DNA of 57,825 nt, filler included, from Sphacelaria rigidula (taxonomy: Eukaryota), in the NCBI GenBank assembly GCA_964200075.2. It is 8 parts of 8 records of this genome, joined end to end, with 100 filler letters (N's around TTAATTAATTAA, not from the genome) between each part and the next. Parts side by side here need not be neighbours in the genome. Positions count along the whole stretch, not along the records: positions 1 to 7,142 come from CAXNAA020016287.1; positions 7,243 to 14,383 come from CAXNAA020016288.1; 6 more parts are not named here. One strand, given 5' to 3'. Position 1 is the stretch's first letter; each line of letters starts with the position of its first letter. The position numbers were made by a program, and so were the translations under genes. Of this stretch, positions 1 through 12,523 are shown piece by piece. Under the pieces are notes generated by a model that was not told where the DNA came from, did not search any database, and worked only from the letters and a program-made list of their open reading frames with translations.

Positions 1-1754
1 AGCGCACACGAGGTCAGAGAGAAAGAAAGAGACCGAAAACCAATACAATCCGAGGGCAAATATGTCATATCGTCTCACGATAACCGAACTGCACTGCACC
101 ATTGCTGAATGCGACATCACCCACCCTTCACCAAGGATAACCTACATGCTATACGCAATGCTCACTGCTTCTGCGACAGTACCCCAGGCTGCCAATCTCA
201 CGAAAACTTTGTTCTATGAAATACTGTACGTGAGCACGTCACGATTAGCATTCCCAAGGGCTCGGAATATCACGATTGCATTCGAAAATAGGGATGTCCC
301 GGCCCATGACCTTGTATAACTCCTACTACTGTGAGATTAGACGCTCTAAAATGAGGAAGATTTGAGGCCAAATGTGCAACCCCTACCGTAGCATGAACCA
401 AAACCGACGGTTCGCGGCGCAATTAGTGTCTGCTCGATTTGGATAGCACCTGTGACCCGATGGACTTTTACGTTCTATGTTGCAACACCCCTCAACGAGA
501 CGGCAATATCTCGATACAGACGACAGCTGCAGACACAAATCAAGTTGCCCTGTGTAGATAAACGTATGCCCACCACTCCTCCAGTTTCTGGCGGCCCGGA
601 CCCTCGTCGCGGATGAAAATATGGGGGCAAAGAAAAGATCATCTACTGCATATGCTGCACTATTCCGACACTCAATCGAAGCACTCGTGATCTTGAACAA
701 GGGCTACGGTAGCAAGTTGTACTTGCCTGTAGACTGTCGACTTGGTGACATTCGCCACAGTAGTCAGTAATATTATATCGTGTGTCAGGCGGGTACATTG
801 GCAAATGACCTTCTCCCTTGCACAAACAGAACAACTTTTTAGGGGTATCCATCGCTGGTTTGTGAGCTGTACTGGGTGAAATTGGGCCAGACTTCGACTA
901 GAACGTAGCTTCGGATACATACTTCAGCTTTGTTCCACTCTTCATGCGATCTTATCCTCTTTTCCACTTCTTTGACTCCGTCGTGTCTTCATTTTCGGGA
1001 TGGTGGTGGGGAACGTAACACTAACGTTGGCGTATCACTGGATCTTTGATCCATTATTCTTGGGGGGACCGACCGAGGACCAAAAGAGCACAGTGGTTTT
1101 TGGTGCGTTTTGAGGCCTAACGCGACGAATTCTGGTTCTAGTGTCAATGTTGAGGTATCTCCGTGTTCCTTACAATATGGTCAATTACTTGGGAAAGTTT
1201 CGTCAGCCAATATGCCTCGCAGCTCATTCCGCTTGATGCGGGCACTGGGATGGGTCGGGCATATATCGACCGTTCTTTACTCAAACTGGGGTGTAAATCG
1301 CGCCTGTCAGACTAACGCTGAGCTTTCGCGCATCAAAGCTACGGGGGATCCTTGCTCTACATCAAGATTTTCCCCTTTTCCGGTTTCGACCCTCCAAAAG
1401 CGCCTTCATCCTTACATCCGCCCATGGCGAGTTGCAACAAAGTGCACGTTGACCGATCCCCCACATCTTTTGGGCACAGTTGGGCTGTCATTCTCCATCT
1501 TGGAGTCCATTTCAGAAGAGTTTTCACTATCAGTACTATATACTTGTACTTCCTCGAATATAACAGTATATAGGTTTTAGTGTCGTACCCTCGGTCTGTC
1601 GTACCTTTCATGTTTTGCAACAGTCGGTCTACAGATAGTTTTGTCGTCGTTGTGCACTGCTGGCTGTGTGCCAGCACGATGAGAGGCATCAGGAGGCTTA
1701 CGAGACATGTATTTTTGGTGTGTCTGTTGTACCACCCTCTGCCCACTTGTTTAG

Positions 1755-2333
1755 CTGTGGCGCAAGCAGCGGGGTTAGCAGGCAGGATTGCAAGCACTCC
1801 CTTGAAGCAACAGCGACGTCAAGCGCATAGGTTCTGCCGGCTGCAGCTCTTGAGGTTATTCGCTGGGGGGGAACGCATAGCTTCTGCCGGTTTGATAACA
1901 GAGTTGAGAGGAGGAGCGCTCGGTGACGAGCTAGAGAAGAACGTGTCAGGTACAGTGTCATATACGCTGAGACTTTGAACCGTGCTGTCTGGCTGTACTG
2001 CACGGACTTCACGGCCATTGCTGTACAGTGCCGATACGCTTCGCCGAAGTTGATACGTACTGTACAAACGCTACAGTAGTCTGTTGTGTATGTAGGCAAC
2101 GGTACAGCAGTCAGTTGCACCTACGCTCCCTTAAATTACTTCGGGTAGGATGTGTGCCTTTGCCTTTGGCGTGGATCTTTTTTCCCACCGACAATACGGT
2201 GCTGCTGCGCTGCAACATGAGTTAGGATACTGTATTCCAGCCGTCCCAAGGTCTCAGCTGACTGACCCTTCTTCAAGTATGCGGCGTGATGTAAAACATG
2301 AACACGAACAGAGAACGCTGCTGTCTGCCTTTG
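1755..2333 (+). CDS. Two putative internal exons (1755-1949, 2241-2333) of an unidentified gene
   Basis: Both segments are AG/GT-flanked (ttag|ct..cag|gtacagt; ccag|cc..ttg|gtacagt), open, and phase-1 compatible. No recognisable homology, so this could be chance. Confidence 0.2.
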
Positions 2334-2341
2334 GTACAGTC

Positions 2342-2549
2342 GGTCGCCCCGATGGCTCAGTTGGTAATCTCGAAACCTGCTGAAGGTTTGCTCGTGAGTT
2401 CGAATCTCAGTGCAGTCAAATGATCTGGGGGTTTTCCTCACACCTTGCCCAACAGTAGAGAGCGACTATGTCGTGGATACCCAAAATTCGACTTGACAGT
2501 CGACAGGGGAACGTGATTGCGGAACCCCTCTCGCGACTAAAAAAAAAAA
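2342..2549 (+). mobile_element. tRNA-derived SINE, copy 1
   Basis: Box A-like TGGCTCAGTTGG, box B-like GAGTTCGAATC, body ending ccctctcgcga plus an A-tail. Homologous to copies at 11054, 23449 and 36390. Confidence 0.75.
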
Positions 2550-2936
2550 GAAGACAAGATCCGCAGAAGGACGGTGGAACATTACAGTACAACAAAATAA
2601 AAAAATAAAAAATCCCGTGTTGGTCTTCCTCCTGTGTGACCCCGGCTGGTGCACGCACATATATCGTAAGGTGTAGGCAAGCGCCCAGAATAAATAGATG
2701 GGATTCAACACACACAGTGACAGCCCGATGGCATGTTGTGTTGCTGTACATTGTACAGTAGTGACCGGCAGTGCTTCAAAATACCTACTCTACGTACGTC
2801 TACGTCACATTTTCCCGGCTCATGGTGTCGGGTGCTTGCCAGTGCAACGGAGGGGCTTGTGCGTGTGCAACGGTGTGGCCTTATGCGTGTATTACAACAG
2901 ATTACAGTATAGGGGGTGGCGCGAGGAAAACGTGTG

Positions 2937-3542
2937 CAAGGTTGTGTTATGTAGGGTACGTTTGCCTGTAGACCCGGGGTATCTTCCCGAATAGTTACCG
3001 TACCCGACAGTTCTGTAAACTCTGTAATACTTTCATACCGGTACCTGACAACTCTGTAATCTCTGTAGGACTTCCATACCTTTACCGAATAGTTCTGTGA
3101 GTTCTGTTAACCTCCCGCACCGTTACTGGGGGGCACGGGTATGGTATTGATAAGATACCCGGTTGCGGGTACAGTTTTCTTTGCAACCCTAGCCGACAGT
3201 TTCTGTAAGTTCTGTAAGCCTCCCCCATACCCTCACTTGATAGTTCTGTGAGTTCTGTACAGAATGCTTACTCGTACCCAGAGCGCGGGTATGCTCTTGA
3301 AGAAATACCCGATTGCCTGTACGGTTTTTCTGTAAGCTTCCCATACCGTACCCGACGAGTTCTGTAATTTCTGTAAGACTTCAATCCCGGACCGGTACCC
3401 GATAGTTCAGTGAGCTCTGTAAGCCTCCCATACCCCTACCCGGGGTTAGGGTATACCGTTGTAGATATACCCGAGCACAGGCACGAGCACAGGTATACAC
3501 CTTGGGGAGGTATGAATACAGGTTCAATCCAAACACAACCTC
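2937..3542. mobile_element. hAT-type non-autonomous element with internal ccgtacccgac/ttctgtaa repeats
   Basis: Starts caaggttgtgttatgtagggtacg and ends aacacaacct. Same terminus and internal repeats as the TSD-flanked copy at 34561-35035. No clear TSD here. An additional end fragment lies near 4136-4200. Confidence 0.6.
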
Positions 3543-4899
3543 ATGACCTGAACACGTACCTCCCATCGATCAACCCACCCCACTCCTTCATTCAATACTG
3601 CACACCAACGAAAATTCAATGTTGGAAAGTTCTTTAGTTTGAAATCTGACGGGATACGAGGTACTGCTGAGTGGAAGCACGAAACATGAGCAGCATCGCA
3701 GACCGTCCGGACGGATCACCCTCAGACTCGAGTGGTGGCTCGAGCGGGGACGTTTCATCTGCGCCACCAGGAGATCAAGTAGCAAGACGCACGTCATCGA
3801 CGTTGATGGCGGTTGTGTCGTGGTCATGGAACCCCAGGGCGTTATCGACATGCACAGCAAAGAGCATGAGCTTCCACCGGGAGTCGTCAAAGCTGTCGAC
3901 GGTTTTGTGGTGCCGAAGGGCTTCCAGGGAGCGGGCAGCGTGAATGCTCCTTCATGTACTCCCTCGGAGTGTACATGAAGCCGTAGATGTTGAAGATATC
4001 GTGCACATGTACTACTGCGAGTGTTCGTGTAGTCTTTATCAAGCCCGTGAAACGGTTCAGGGTTTTTTGTACTGTTATCTGTATTTCGCCACTGTTGTAG
4101 TGACATAGGTCCCACCACAGGGGTGATGATATTACCAAGGTCGTGTTTTGTAGGGCACGGTTTTCTGTATACCCGGGGTATTTTGTCGGGAATTTACCGC
4201 TCTGTCGCTTAGCCATGGCTTCGGCCCCCAGCGCAAGCAGGTACAGACAACTTGCCTACGAGGCAGCGGCAATGTACAAAATATTCGTAGTAGTAGTAGA
4301 GGCACACAAAGTAAGCGTGGGGTATAGTACATGAAGCGATTGTGGACACGAAACGACAAGCAAGCAATACCAGGTACGGCGCGAAATAACTGGTGGGGGA
4401 TTTGGAGGCGATTCAACTCTGAAGCGCACTGATATTGGCTTTTTATTAGTTCCAAGGTTCCTGTTTTCTCTCACATATGAACGGCCGTGACTTTCCTAGG
4501 CGATAAACGAAGGCAGGAAGGAGCAAGCACGGTAGCTTGCCTGCCCACAACGACCAACGAACACTTCGACTCCCTCAGAGGAAACACAAAACAGATGTTA
4601 AGTTGTACCGCGATACCCCTCCTCCCCTAACCAGTCCCAAGACTGACGAATAAAATGACCGTTCAGCGCATGATAGCTGACTCCAAATCCGTATGAAGTA
4701 CCTCACATCGGCGACATTGGCGAAAACGATCTCAACCGTGGGAGTTTCCAGGTGGCCGGTGTGCTCAGCTTTTGTAATTTTGATTGACATGTAGAATTTT
4801 TGCGCTCAAACCGGCTACTTTCCTAGAGGAGGCTATCGCGGTATCATTCATTTATTGGAATAGCGGTGGGTCAATCACTCGGCAGAGGTCTCGAATCTT

Positions 4900-5017
4900 C
4901 AGGCCGTAGAAAGAGGTGAAAGGAAGCGTGGGTTGTTGCGTCTCCAGGCCGTAAGAAGAGGTAAGAAGAGGCGTGGGCTCTTGCGTCTCCAGGCCGCAGA
5001 AAGAGGTAAAAAGAAGG
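4900..5017. repeat. 45-bp tandem repeat, ~2.6 copies
   Basis: caggccg(t/c)a unit starts at 4900, 4945 and 4990. Confidence 0.8.
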
Positions 5018-6527
5018 GTTGGAAAAGTTCTTCGTCCACTCGGTTTTGTGCCGTGCGTTAGGTTGGACAGGGGTTGTGGAAAGCCCATATTGGTCAAATA
5101 GAGGTGAACTCAAATGAGACAGCACAAGAAACGATGAGGAACAAGATAAAATTAGTAGTGTTTGCGGGGTACACCTACCCCATGGTCGAACAAAGCGGGG
5201 TACACTGCATGGTCCTTGTTTCCTGCGGCGCTGTTCCGCCGTAAAACCGCGCCCTTTTTCGCGGAAAGTTGGTGCACGTGCTCTGCATGGGCTGTGGGCG
5301 CCTTGCGTTCGCGTTGGGATTGATTCTTGAGTGGTTTGCGCCTGGCGCGGACATCTCCAACTGGCGCGATTAACTGTACCTACTTTTTGGCTGAAATATG
5401 GGGGTCTGTGCCTACTTTTGTCTTTGGCCCATTCACTTGCGCTTACCCTGGCAACGTTTTTCGATTGATGGAACACCCGCAACGAACTGTGTCCGAAACG
5501 CCGGGTGAACTTCACCAAAGGCATACCTCCCAGATAGGGAGAACTCAACGTGAGTTGACAGATTTTCGTGCGAAGCGCGATTATGGCCGAGGCGTTCGAA
5601 ATTCGCAGCCGGCCAAAATTGAGGACCCGTTCAAAATCAGGCCAAGACCTGTAGTAAAAACATGGGGCATGTCCTATTTCCCTCTTGTACCGCAACACAA
5701 ACACAACCATGCCCTCTCGCATATGCTCTAGCTGTCACCGTACTTTGGTGGGTTTGGACTTTGCCAAGACGGTTCGGCCTCCGCTGGGATTGCCTGAGTG
5801 ACTGTATTGTCCTTGTTGGCGTCTCTGTAAACGTGATGTTAGTCGGCAGGCAGTGCTGCCACACACTGTCATGGGGGTGAATGAAGGCCTCAACGGCCGA
5901 CAATGCGCGGCCAGGGAAGTAAAGCAAATGACGCGGAGGAAAAATGGACACGCCATCAGCTGTCCCGAGCTGCTTAGATGTTTGGAGTAGGACACACCCT
6001 TCGTCCCCGGTTGAGGTGGTTAAAGTATACGACAACTGCAGTACTTCCACTGCGGTTGTCTGGGCACAGGAAGCAAACCGGCCTGGGGCACTTTACAGCC
6101 CCCCGCACACACAGAGAAGCTAGCGATATATGTTTGAACTGCGCTCAGATCGCCACAGCGGACCCAAGAAGCCCCAAAAACAGGGAACAACGGGCTTTTT
6201 TAGTGTAATTTAGTACATTTTGGTACACACCGGTGGCGCGCAGCGTTTGTGAGTCGCGTGAAGGATATAGCTTACGTGCTTCCCTGGCTTGGGTGTGTGG
6301 GAAGCGCACGCAGCAAACCGCAGTGCCATCCTATGCTTGATTGCCGAGATACCCGCGTTGAGAGATTGCACTGTCCGGACGAATAAAACCGTGGTTCCAC
6401 TCACTGTCAATATTTGGACGGATCAATCATACGATTCGTACACAAGTTGTGACTTGTACATGCTTTAGGTTCGTGATTCGTGCGGTACACCGTCAAAGGT
6501 ACACGTTTTCTTCCTTCCATTTATATG

Positions 6528-6850
6528 GCATGAACCATAGCCCCATGTTTCCAATGTCCATTCAATCAGCATGAATCATGGGCACACGTTCCCCAATTTC
6601 CGCTCATGCAGCATGAATCCTACTGACATGTCCCCCACCTTCCATTCATTCGAGGTGAATCAAGCGTACATGTTTCCCAATCTTGATTCATGCGGCATGC
6701 ATCATACGTACATCTTTCCTCACCGTCCATTCATGCAAGATCGATCAAGTGTAGTTGTTTCCCACTTTTCATTTGTACCGCGCGAATCATGCGCACGTGT
6801 TTACATGTTTTCCATCCTTTGTTCATATGATAGAGATCATGTGGACATGC
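6528..6850. repeat. Degenerate ~41-42 bp minisatellite
   Basis: gcatgaatca...catgtttcc-like motif recurs at about 6528, 6569, 6611, 6653, 6695 and onward. Confidence 0.6.
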
Positions 6851-7051
6851 TCTTTCCCCCCTGTCGTTTCATGTGGCGCGACTCTTCGGTGGCGCGGCCC
6901 TTTTGCAGGTGGGTAGGCAAGCAAGAGCGTACACGTCGCGAATCCCTCAAAAGCTAACTCCGCAATAAACCCAATTGCAAATTTGTACTCACCGTAATGA
7001 ATCAACTATAATACAAAACACGCGTCTTCATGCCCAGAGCGGTTCTTCCAG

Positions 7052-7083
<32 letters not shown>

Positions 7084-7142
7084 ACCGCCCACCCCCCCAA
7101 CCACCGTAGCACCATACTTTGTGATTTTCTCCACTACTCACA

Positions 7143-7242
7143 NNNNNNNNNNNNNNNNNNNNNNNNNNNNNNNNNNNNNNNNNNNNTTAATTAATTAANN
7201 NNNNNNNNNNNNNNNNNNNNNNNNNNNNNNNNNNNNNNNNNN
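7143..7242. other. Artificial contig linker
   Basis: N44-TTAATTAATTAA-N44, with stops in all six frames. Confidence 0.98.
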
Positions 7243-7333
7243 TGCTCTTCTCGGGCCTGCCCTTTGGAATATGATTCCTGTTGGGCGGGCTCTCCACCAG
7301 GATAGAAATACCTTGCCCACCAGTTCCTAATAA

Positions 7334-8206
7334 ATGATGACTGCCTCAACACCGCCCGGTGTTGTCGCTTTGGAACTGCCCGTAACACCCAAGCTGCGTA
7401 ATGCCTGCCTGCGCATGGCGGCACCGATGTTCTGTGGTTACGGGAAGGACCGACGCCAATGGGAAGTTGCTGTTCACTTGGGGATCCTGGCACGCATGAC
7501 CGATGACGACCACCGGGCCATGACCCAGTTATTCTCGACCTCGTTGGGCGGGGATGCTTTCTCCCGCCTGGCATTGGACGAGAGGCAAGAGGTGTCCAAC
7601 CGCGGCTACAAGGGAGCAACGAAGAAAATCACGAAATCCTTTGTCGCGAAGCTGGCTGCCATCGTGGGCACGCGCGAGAGGGTCATTGGCAAGATCGAGC
7701 AAGCGTTCTTTCCACCTCCTCACGAGGGAGGCGCCGTGGGTCGCCTCATCACAAAACGTCAGCCCGCCGTGGCCAGTGCCGTCAAAGTCGTGCGTTACTG
7801 CCTCGCCTTTAGCGCTGACGACCGCGAAAATCTCGTGGCGTTGGACGGCCGCGTGCTCACAGCTCAGGAAGGAGCCGAAATCCTTGATGCCTCCACCCAG
7901 TGTCAAGAGATGTGGACAGGGGCATCAAGAGATGCGTATTCGAGGACAAATCGGCTCACGGCAGACTGAAGCGGAAGATGAGATTCGTCCCTCCGGCACG
8001 CAGCAGCAAGAAATCCACGAAATAGGAGGGGAGGTCTTCGGCCTTGAAAAAAGTGTGAACAGTCTCAGGATGCAGGCGGTCGAACATCACAACATCCTCA
8101 CTTCGTTTCTCAGTCGCGGCGACCGTGTGGCGCCGGAGGACCTCGTGCAAGCTGCGCTACACCTCGGGACGATCGTCTCGCAAGCCATGGCGATCGTTGA
8201 TGGAGG
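7334..8206 (+). pseudogene. Unidentified coding-like region (211-aa ORF plus a frameshifted continuation ending at a GT donor)
   Basis: GC-rich, protein-like ORF 7334-7969. A second frame continues (EAEDEIRPSG...AIVDGG) to gag|gtacgt at ~8206. No family recognised. Confidence 0.25.
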
Positions 8207-9170
8207 TACGTTCCTATGCGATTTTCCCCGCTGCTTATGTCTCACCCACTGGGCAGCACGGAGAAAAGGTTGCGAGCACGTTGCCCCCCCCCCCCCCAAC
8301 CCATGTAAGCATTTCAGAAATATATATGCCGTCATGCGTATACGCATTCTGTCAACATAGCGGCAGCAAATTGACCATGAAGACAATTCGGACATTTTTC
8401 TGTTGATTTTGTAGCAAGAAATTGATTGACAAAGCATGGGCGGTTGCACCTACCTGTCTTGAAGCCATGACTGCTTGAGAGTGGAGGTCATGTATCACCG
8501 GTTGTGTGCGCCTCCCTGCATTTGGTCCCCTCTCTGATTTGCTCATCTCTTGTTCCTGGCAGTTTCTTGGCTGTTTTGGTTCCGTTTGTGCACCCCCACC
8601 GCTCCCCGCGAACGAGCCTGACTCTGTCTTCTTGCCTATTTTACTCCTTTCTTCACGTTCCTTCCTGTTTAATTTTTAGTTTGGTTCAATTTACCCCTTT
8701 TTTTTGTGATCACGAGATGTAGTGTTGCAACCACGTACGTCATGCGGGGTCGCCGTGTTGTTGTGTTGTTGTGTTGTTGTTTGTGTTCGTGCGCGTGGTC
8801 GTTGTCATTTGTTGTTATTTCTGTTGATATTCGTTCTTGCTCTTCTTGTGGCTTGTTGTTGTTGTTGTTGGTTGCGGTGGTGATGTTGGTGGTGGTGGTG
8901 TCCTTTTCGTTGTTCTCGCTGTGTCCTTTCTTGTTTCCTTTCTGAGGCCATTGCTTCTGGCTGTTCTGTTTATTTTTTTCTTCTCGTTTTTGCTGCTCCT
9001 GACCACGGGCTAGATTCTGGCGAGCACCTAATGTGAGATAATCAATCCATCAAACAACTGTCGTGCCTCGCGAGAGAGAGAGGGGGGGGGGGGGGGTCTA
9101 CTCTTTCACATCCCCGTCATGCAGACAAGCACCCACCCCCCTCCTTCCTGCCCGCCGCTCCTGAACGCAG

Positions 9171-10270
9171 GTTTGCGTCATGCAAACAAATCTGTGGGCC
9201 CGAGGAGCTTAATGGAGAAGGTATGCCCGGATGCCATCAGGGACGAGGAGTTCTACTCGGCTGAGGGACATGCGGTGGGCTTCCCGTGCGAGTTACACAA
9301 GACCCCACCACCTGACGCTCTCGCAGGTGGCGAGGCGGGAGTCGTGGAATATCACCGGAGGAAAATCATCGCAAACTGTGCCTATGGCGCTAGGATGGTC
9401 GTCATCTGCTGCGACCGGTGTGACCTCGTGCCGCCCATAAAAACGCATGAACATGTAGGGCGACAGGTCAAGGTGAAAAAGTGCGATCGCGTGTTCAATG
9501 CGACTTGCACGGACGGGCTACCTGCCGGGTTGGAATTTCAGTCATACATAAGGGCGGCGAACAATCGCTCTGATATGGCTCAAGCGATCTGCGAAAGCAC
9601 ACTCGGTGACACGCAAGCATTTATGGCGACCGACGCCAAGGTCATATTTGACGGCGTCGAGGCGACCGCTATCTGCCCGGATGTGAGGAGTCCGCGCCAC
9701 CTCCGTTCTCCCGTCTCCTGTGACGCGACGGAGACGGCAAACCGTGTTCACCGCGCGTATCCCGTTCGTGATCAGGTGTTGGCAGTCACTCGTATCGCGG
9801 GAGGTGGGGAATAGCGGAGCGTCACGCTGGCGATGAAGCGAGAGTAGAGGGCTACTAGATTTCAGGGCAGGGTTGGTGGAGTTGCCGGGGGTTATGTATG
9901 CCGTAAATATGGAGCTGACAGCATCGCAGACTGTACCATTGTGAAATTGAAATACGGGGTGTGTCTACCAAACGCAGGGTGACTAGTGTGCGATGAGGGT
10001 CGGAATTTCGTGTTGCCTACCCGTAACCAAACGCTGATCCGCAGGCCAACTATAGGGGAGGCACTACATGCCGCTGAAGGCGTCGCGATCGCGGAACGGT
10101 AGTGTTGCAAACAAAATGTCTGCATCGTCCCGCTTATCGGTCACAACGCCCCTGAAATGTCTGCCCCGCGTGGGTGTTGTGCGTGCCCGCCGCGCCGGCG
10201 CCCGCAGTCTATTTCAAAACTGTTTTCTGCAGCGATTCTTCCACACGGTGGGCCTCGGTCTAATACTGTA
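9171..10270 (+). pseudogene. Decayed XPG/FEN-like (PIN-fold) nuclease relic, possibly from a transposon or virus
   Basis: After an acceptor (cgcag|gt): VVICCDRCDLVPPIKTHEHVGRQ, FQSYIRAANNRSDMAQAI and KVIFDG. Frameshifted fragments follow (GHNAPE, LKCL, RARRAGARS, FCSDS, VGLGLIL) that resemble the order of XPG N and I motifs. Motif recognition by eye only. Confidence 0.3.
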
Positions 10271-11053
10271 AAGTACCGTCCGGGAGTCCACAGTTGAAAT
10301 TGTGCAGGAAGGTTTCCCCGTGTCTGGGATATCTCCGTCGGTGGCGAGCGGTGGTTGGCCCAGGCGGGGATGTCTTCACTGTTCGATGCAGTCTAGAGGA
10401 AGTCGTTTTAGAGGAAAACACTTACGCGCCTATTTTTGGTTACAGCGGGAGAAATGGACCGAAATGGTCGCATGCTAGCAAATCCTGAGGGCTATACCAC
10501 CGCGGGGATGTTTGTTTCAATGTCCTGAGCCTCTTTGCCGTAGGACTCTCCATCCCAAACATGTTGTGGGCGAGCTTGGTGTTCAGCCTCAGAAATATTT
10601 TGAACTGAAATGTGCACCCCTACCGTCGCTTGACTCGTAAGAAAATCATTTCCTGGATGACGCTCGCACAGCCGTGTTGCAACAGCCGGAGGAAAATGCT
10701 GTAGCATACCCCCACCTCCTCCCCGCGCCATATAGGGAAATATTTTTGCGATGTTGCTACTTTACCATCCCATGGCTAGCAAGGCATTTTTTTATTGATG
10801 AAACGTGATCAAGGTCGAGATACTCCTTCGAGCTTTGTAAGAGACGGTAATATCGTTTCCTTCATACTTTGCCACCGGGGCTTTTCAAAACCCCGAGAGG
10901 GACATGGGCGGTCAGGTGGAAGCGCACGACAGCATGGCAGAGGGCGAAAAGCACACACAAAAGAATGTATACGCTGCTGCTTTTGCTCTGCCACACATGC
11001 GTTTTCTCGTCATGAGGTGCCGGCTTCTATTTTTCATGTTTTAGTCGGTAGAC

Positions 11054-11565
11054 GATCGCTCTGGTGGCTCAGTTGGTAACCCCAAACCCTTATGGCGGTT
11101 GGGTCGTCGGTTCGAACCTCAGTGCAGTCACACGATCTGGAATTTTATCTCACACCATGTTTAACGGTGGACGGCGACTACAATGTTCTCGTGAGATTGA
11201 GAGTAGAGCGCTGATTGAAAATGGCTTTGACTATTCTCTTCAACGAAGCCAATTTTTCATTCCATGTCTGCTTTTCTTCGCCTCTGGCACTGACGTGTGC
11301 ATACAGCTACACGTCGATTTCTTGCTCAGGGGTATCAAGGGTCTCAGTGGCAAGCTCCTAAGGTACAGAGAGCATCTTGAGCCTCGTGGAGGGGCATCGC
11401 GGAACTGAAACGATTCATTGACGAATTGACCGCTCTCCACTCTCAATCGTATCTTCTATTCTCAATCTCACGAAACCATTGTTGACAGTTTGTCGTGAGT
11501 AGACAGAATTCGGTTTCGCGGTCGACGAGCGAAAGGGACCGCTGAACCCCTCTCGCGATGAAAAA
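11054..11565 (+). mobile_element. tRNA-derived SINE, copy 2, interrupted by a MITE
   Basis: GTGGCTCAGTTGGTAA ... GGTTCGAACC head. The body resumes after ~11490 and ends ccctctcgcgatgaaaaa. Confidence 0.75.
11181..11481. mobile_element. ~300-bp MITE inserted in the SINE
   Basis: TIRs caatgttctcgtgagattgagagtaga / tctattctcaatctcacgaaaccattg. Related copies at 23706, 23934 and ~21570. Confidence 0.7.
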
Positions 11566-11692
11566 GTAAGGCGACCACCATAGAATTTCCTGTGTTGACC
11601 TCCCTTCTGTGTTACACGTAAGGCACACAACTATTGTATCAGCATGGATATCGCATCATGGTCTCGACTTCACTTCATTTGTACTGTTTGAA

Positions 11693-11854
11693 CCCTTTTG
11701 GGACCGGAATCCTAGAAACATGTGGTTTGCACGCAGGGGCGTTTCCATGAATCGGTAATATTTTTAGTTGAAAACGATTAAACATTATGTCGATTCATAC
11801 ACGAAGGCCCCTGCGTGCATATCACATGTTTCTGGGGATCCCGTCACAAAAGGG
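11693..11854. mobile_element. piggyBac-like palindromic MITE (162 bp)
   Basis: tgaa|cccttttg...caaaaggg|ttaa. Long imperfect inverted arms, CCC...GGG ends and TTAA-like flanks. Confidence 0.6.
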
Positions 11855-12523
11855 TTAATCCTTTGACCGGTAGGGTAGGTCATCTCGACCACGCTGTAGT
11901 TTGTGAAGTCCAAGTAACTGATGCCGATTTGACAACAGATGACCTATCATGGCGGGCAAATGGTCAAATTCGTTGCCACTATATGGGTTCTTGGTTTGCG
12001 GGGGCGGTCAGTTCCTCAGGTTCACTTTTGATTGTGATGCCTTGTTTTGAGCCTTCGTAGATGCTCATCATCCATGTTGCTCTTCGGCGGAAAACGAGAC
12101 AAACAAGAAGTCTTTTTGAAAATCGAACCGGCATCATGCTCATGAAACAGTCAGAAGACACGACAATTTTTTCCCGCCGCTTTCCATCAACCATTTGACA
12201 GCGAAAATTAGGCAATCTGTTGAAGTGGCATCAATTTCACTCAATAAAAGTGTCTATGATCCAGATTTGCTACCGTGCTCAGTCCATGAGCTTACACAAC
12301 GCACACAGCTATCACCGGTGCTCATGTACCTTGGCTGTCGATCCACTGATCGTGGCGGCGAAGCCGGAGAAACGCCACGTTGCGGTTGTCGTGTGCTCAA
12401 CTGTCCTGCTATTTCTGGAGCCTGCTTTGTACAATGAGTCATGTCTGTGATGTTGAATCCGGGGTTGTCCGTGTTTCGGGAGATATCGGTCGCTACTGTT
12501 GGTCGAGTGTTCTTTGCTGTTTA

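Noticed and set aside
400..1560. Possible decayed coding region on the minus strand with Cys motifs (LICVCSC, FCLCK, YCGECH)
   Set aside because: Too many stops and no coherent domain order recognised.
3645..3978. Protein-like + frame (LEWWLERGRF...VVPKGFQG) that could be a terminal exon
   Set aside because: No homology recognised and no splice phase link established to the upstream candidate exons.
4871..5722. 283-aa minus-strand ORF, the longest in the track
   Set aside because: No recognisable domain. It is partly extended by the 45-bp tandem repeat.
11063..11135. tRNA gene
   Set aside because: Box A/B are present but there is no proper cloverleaf. It continues into a shared repeat body, so it is a SINE head.
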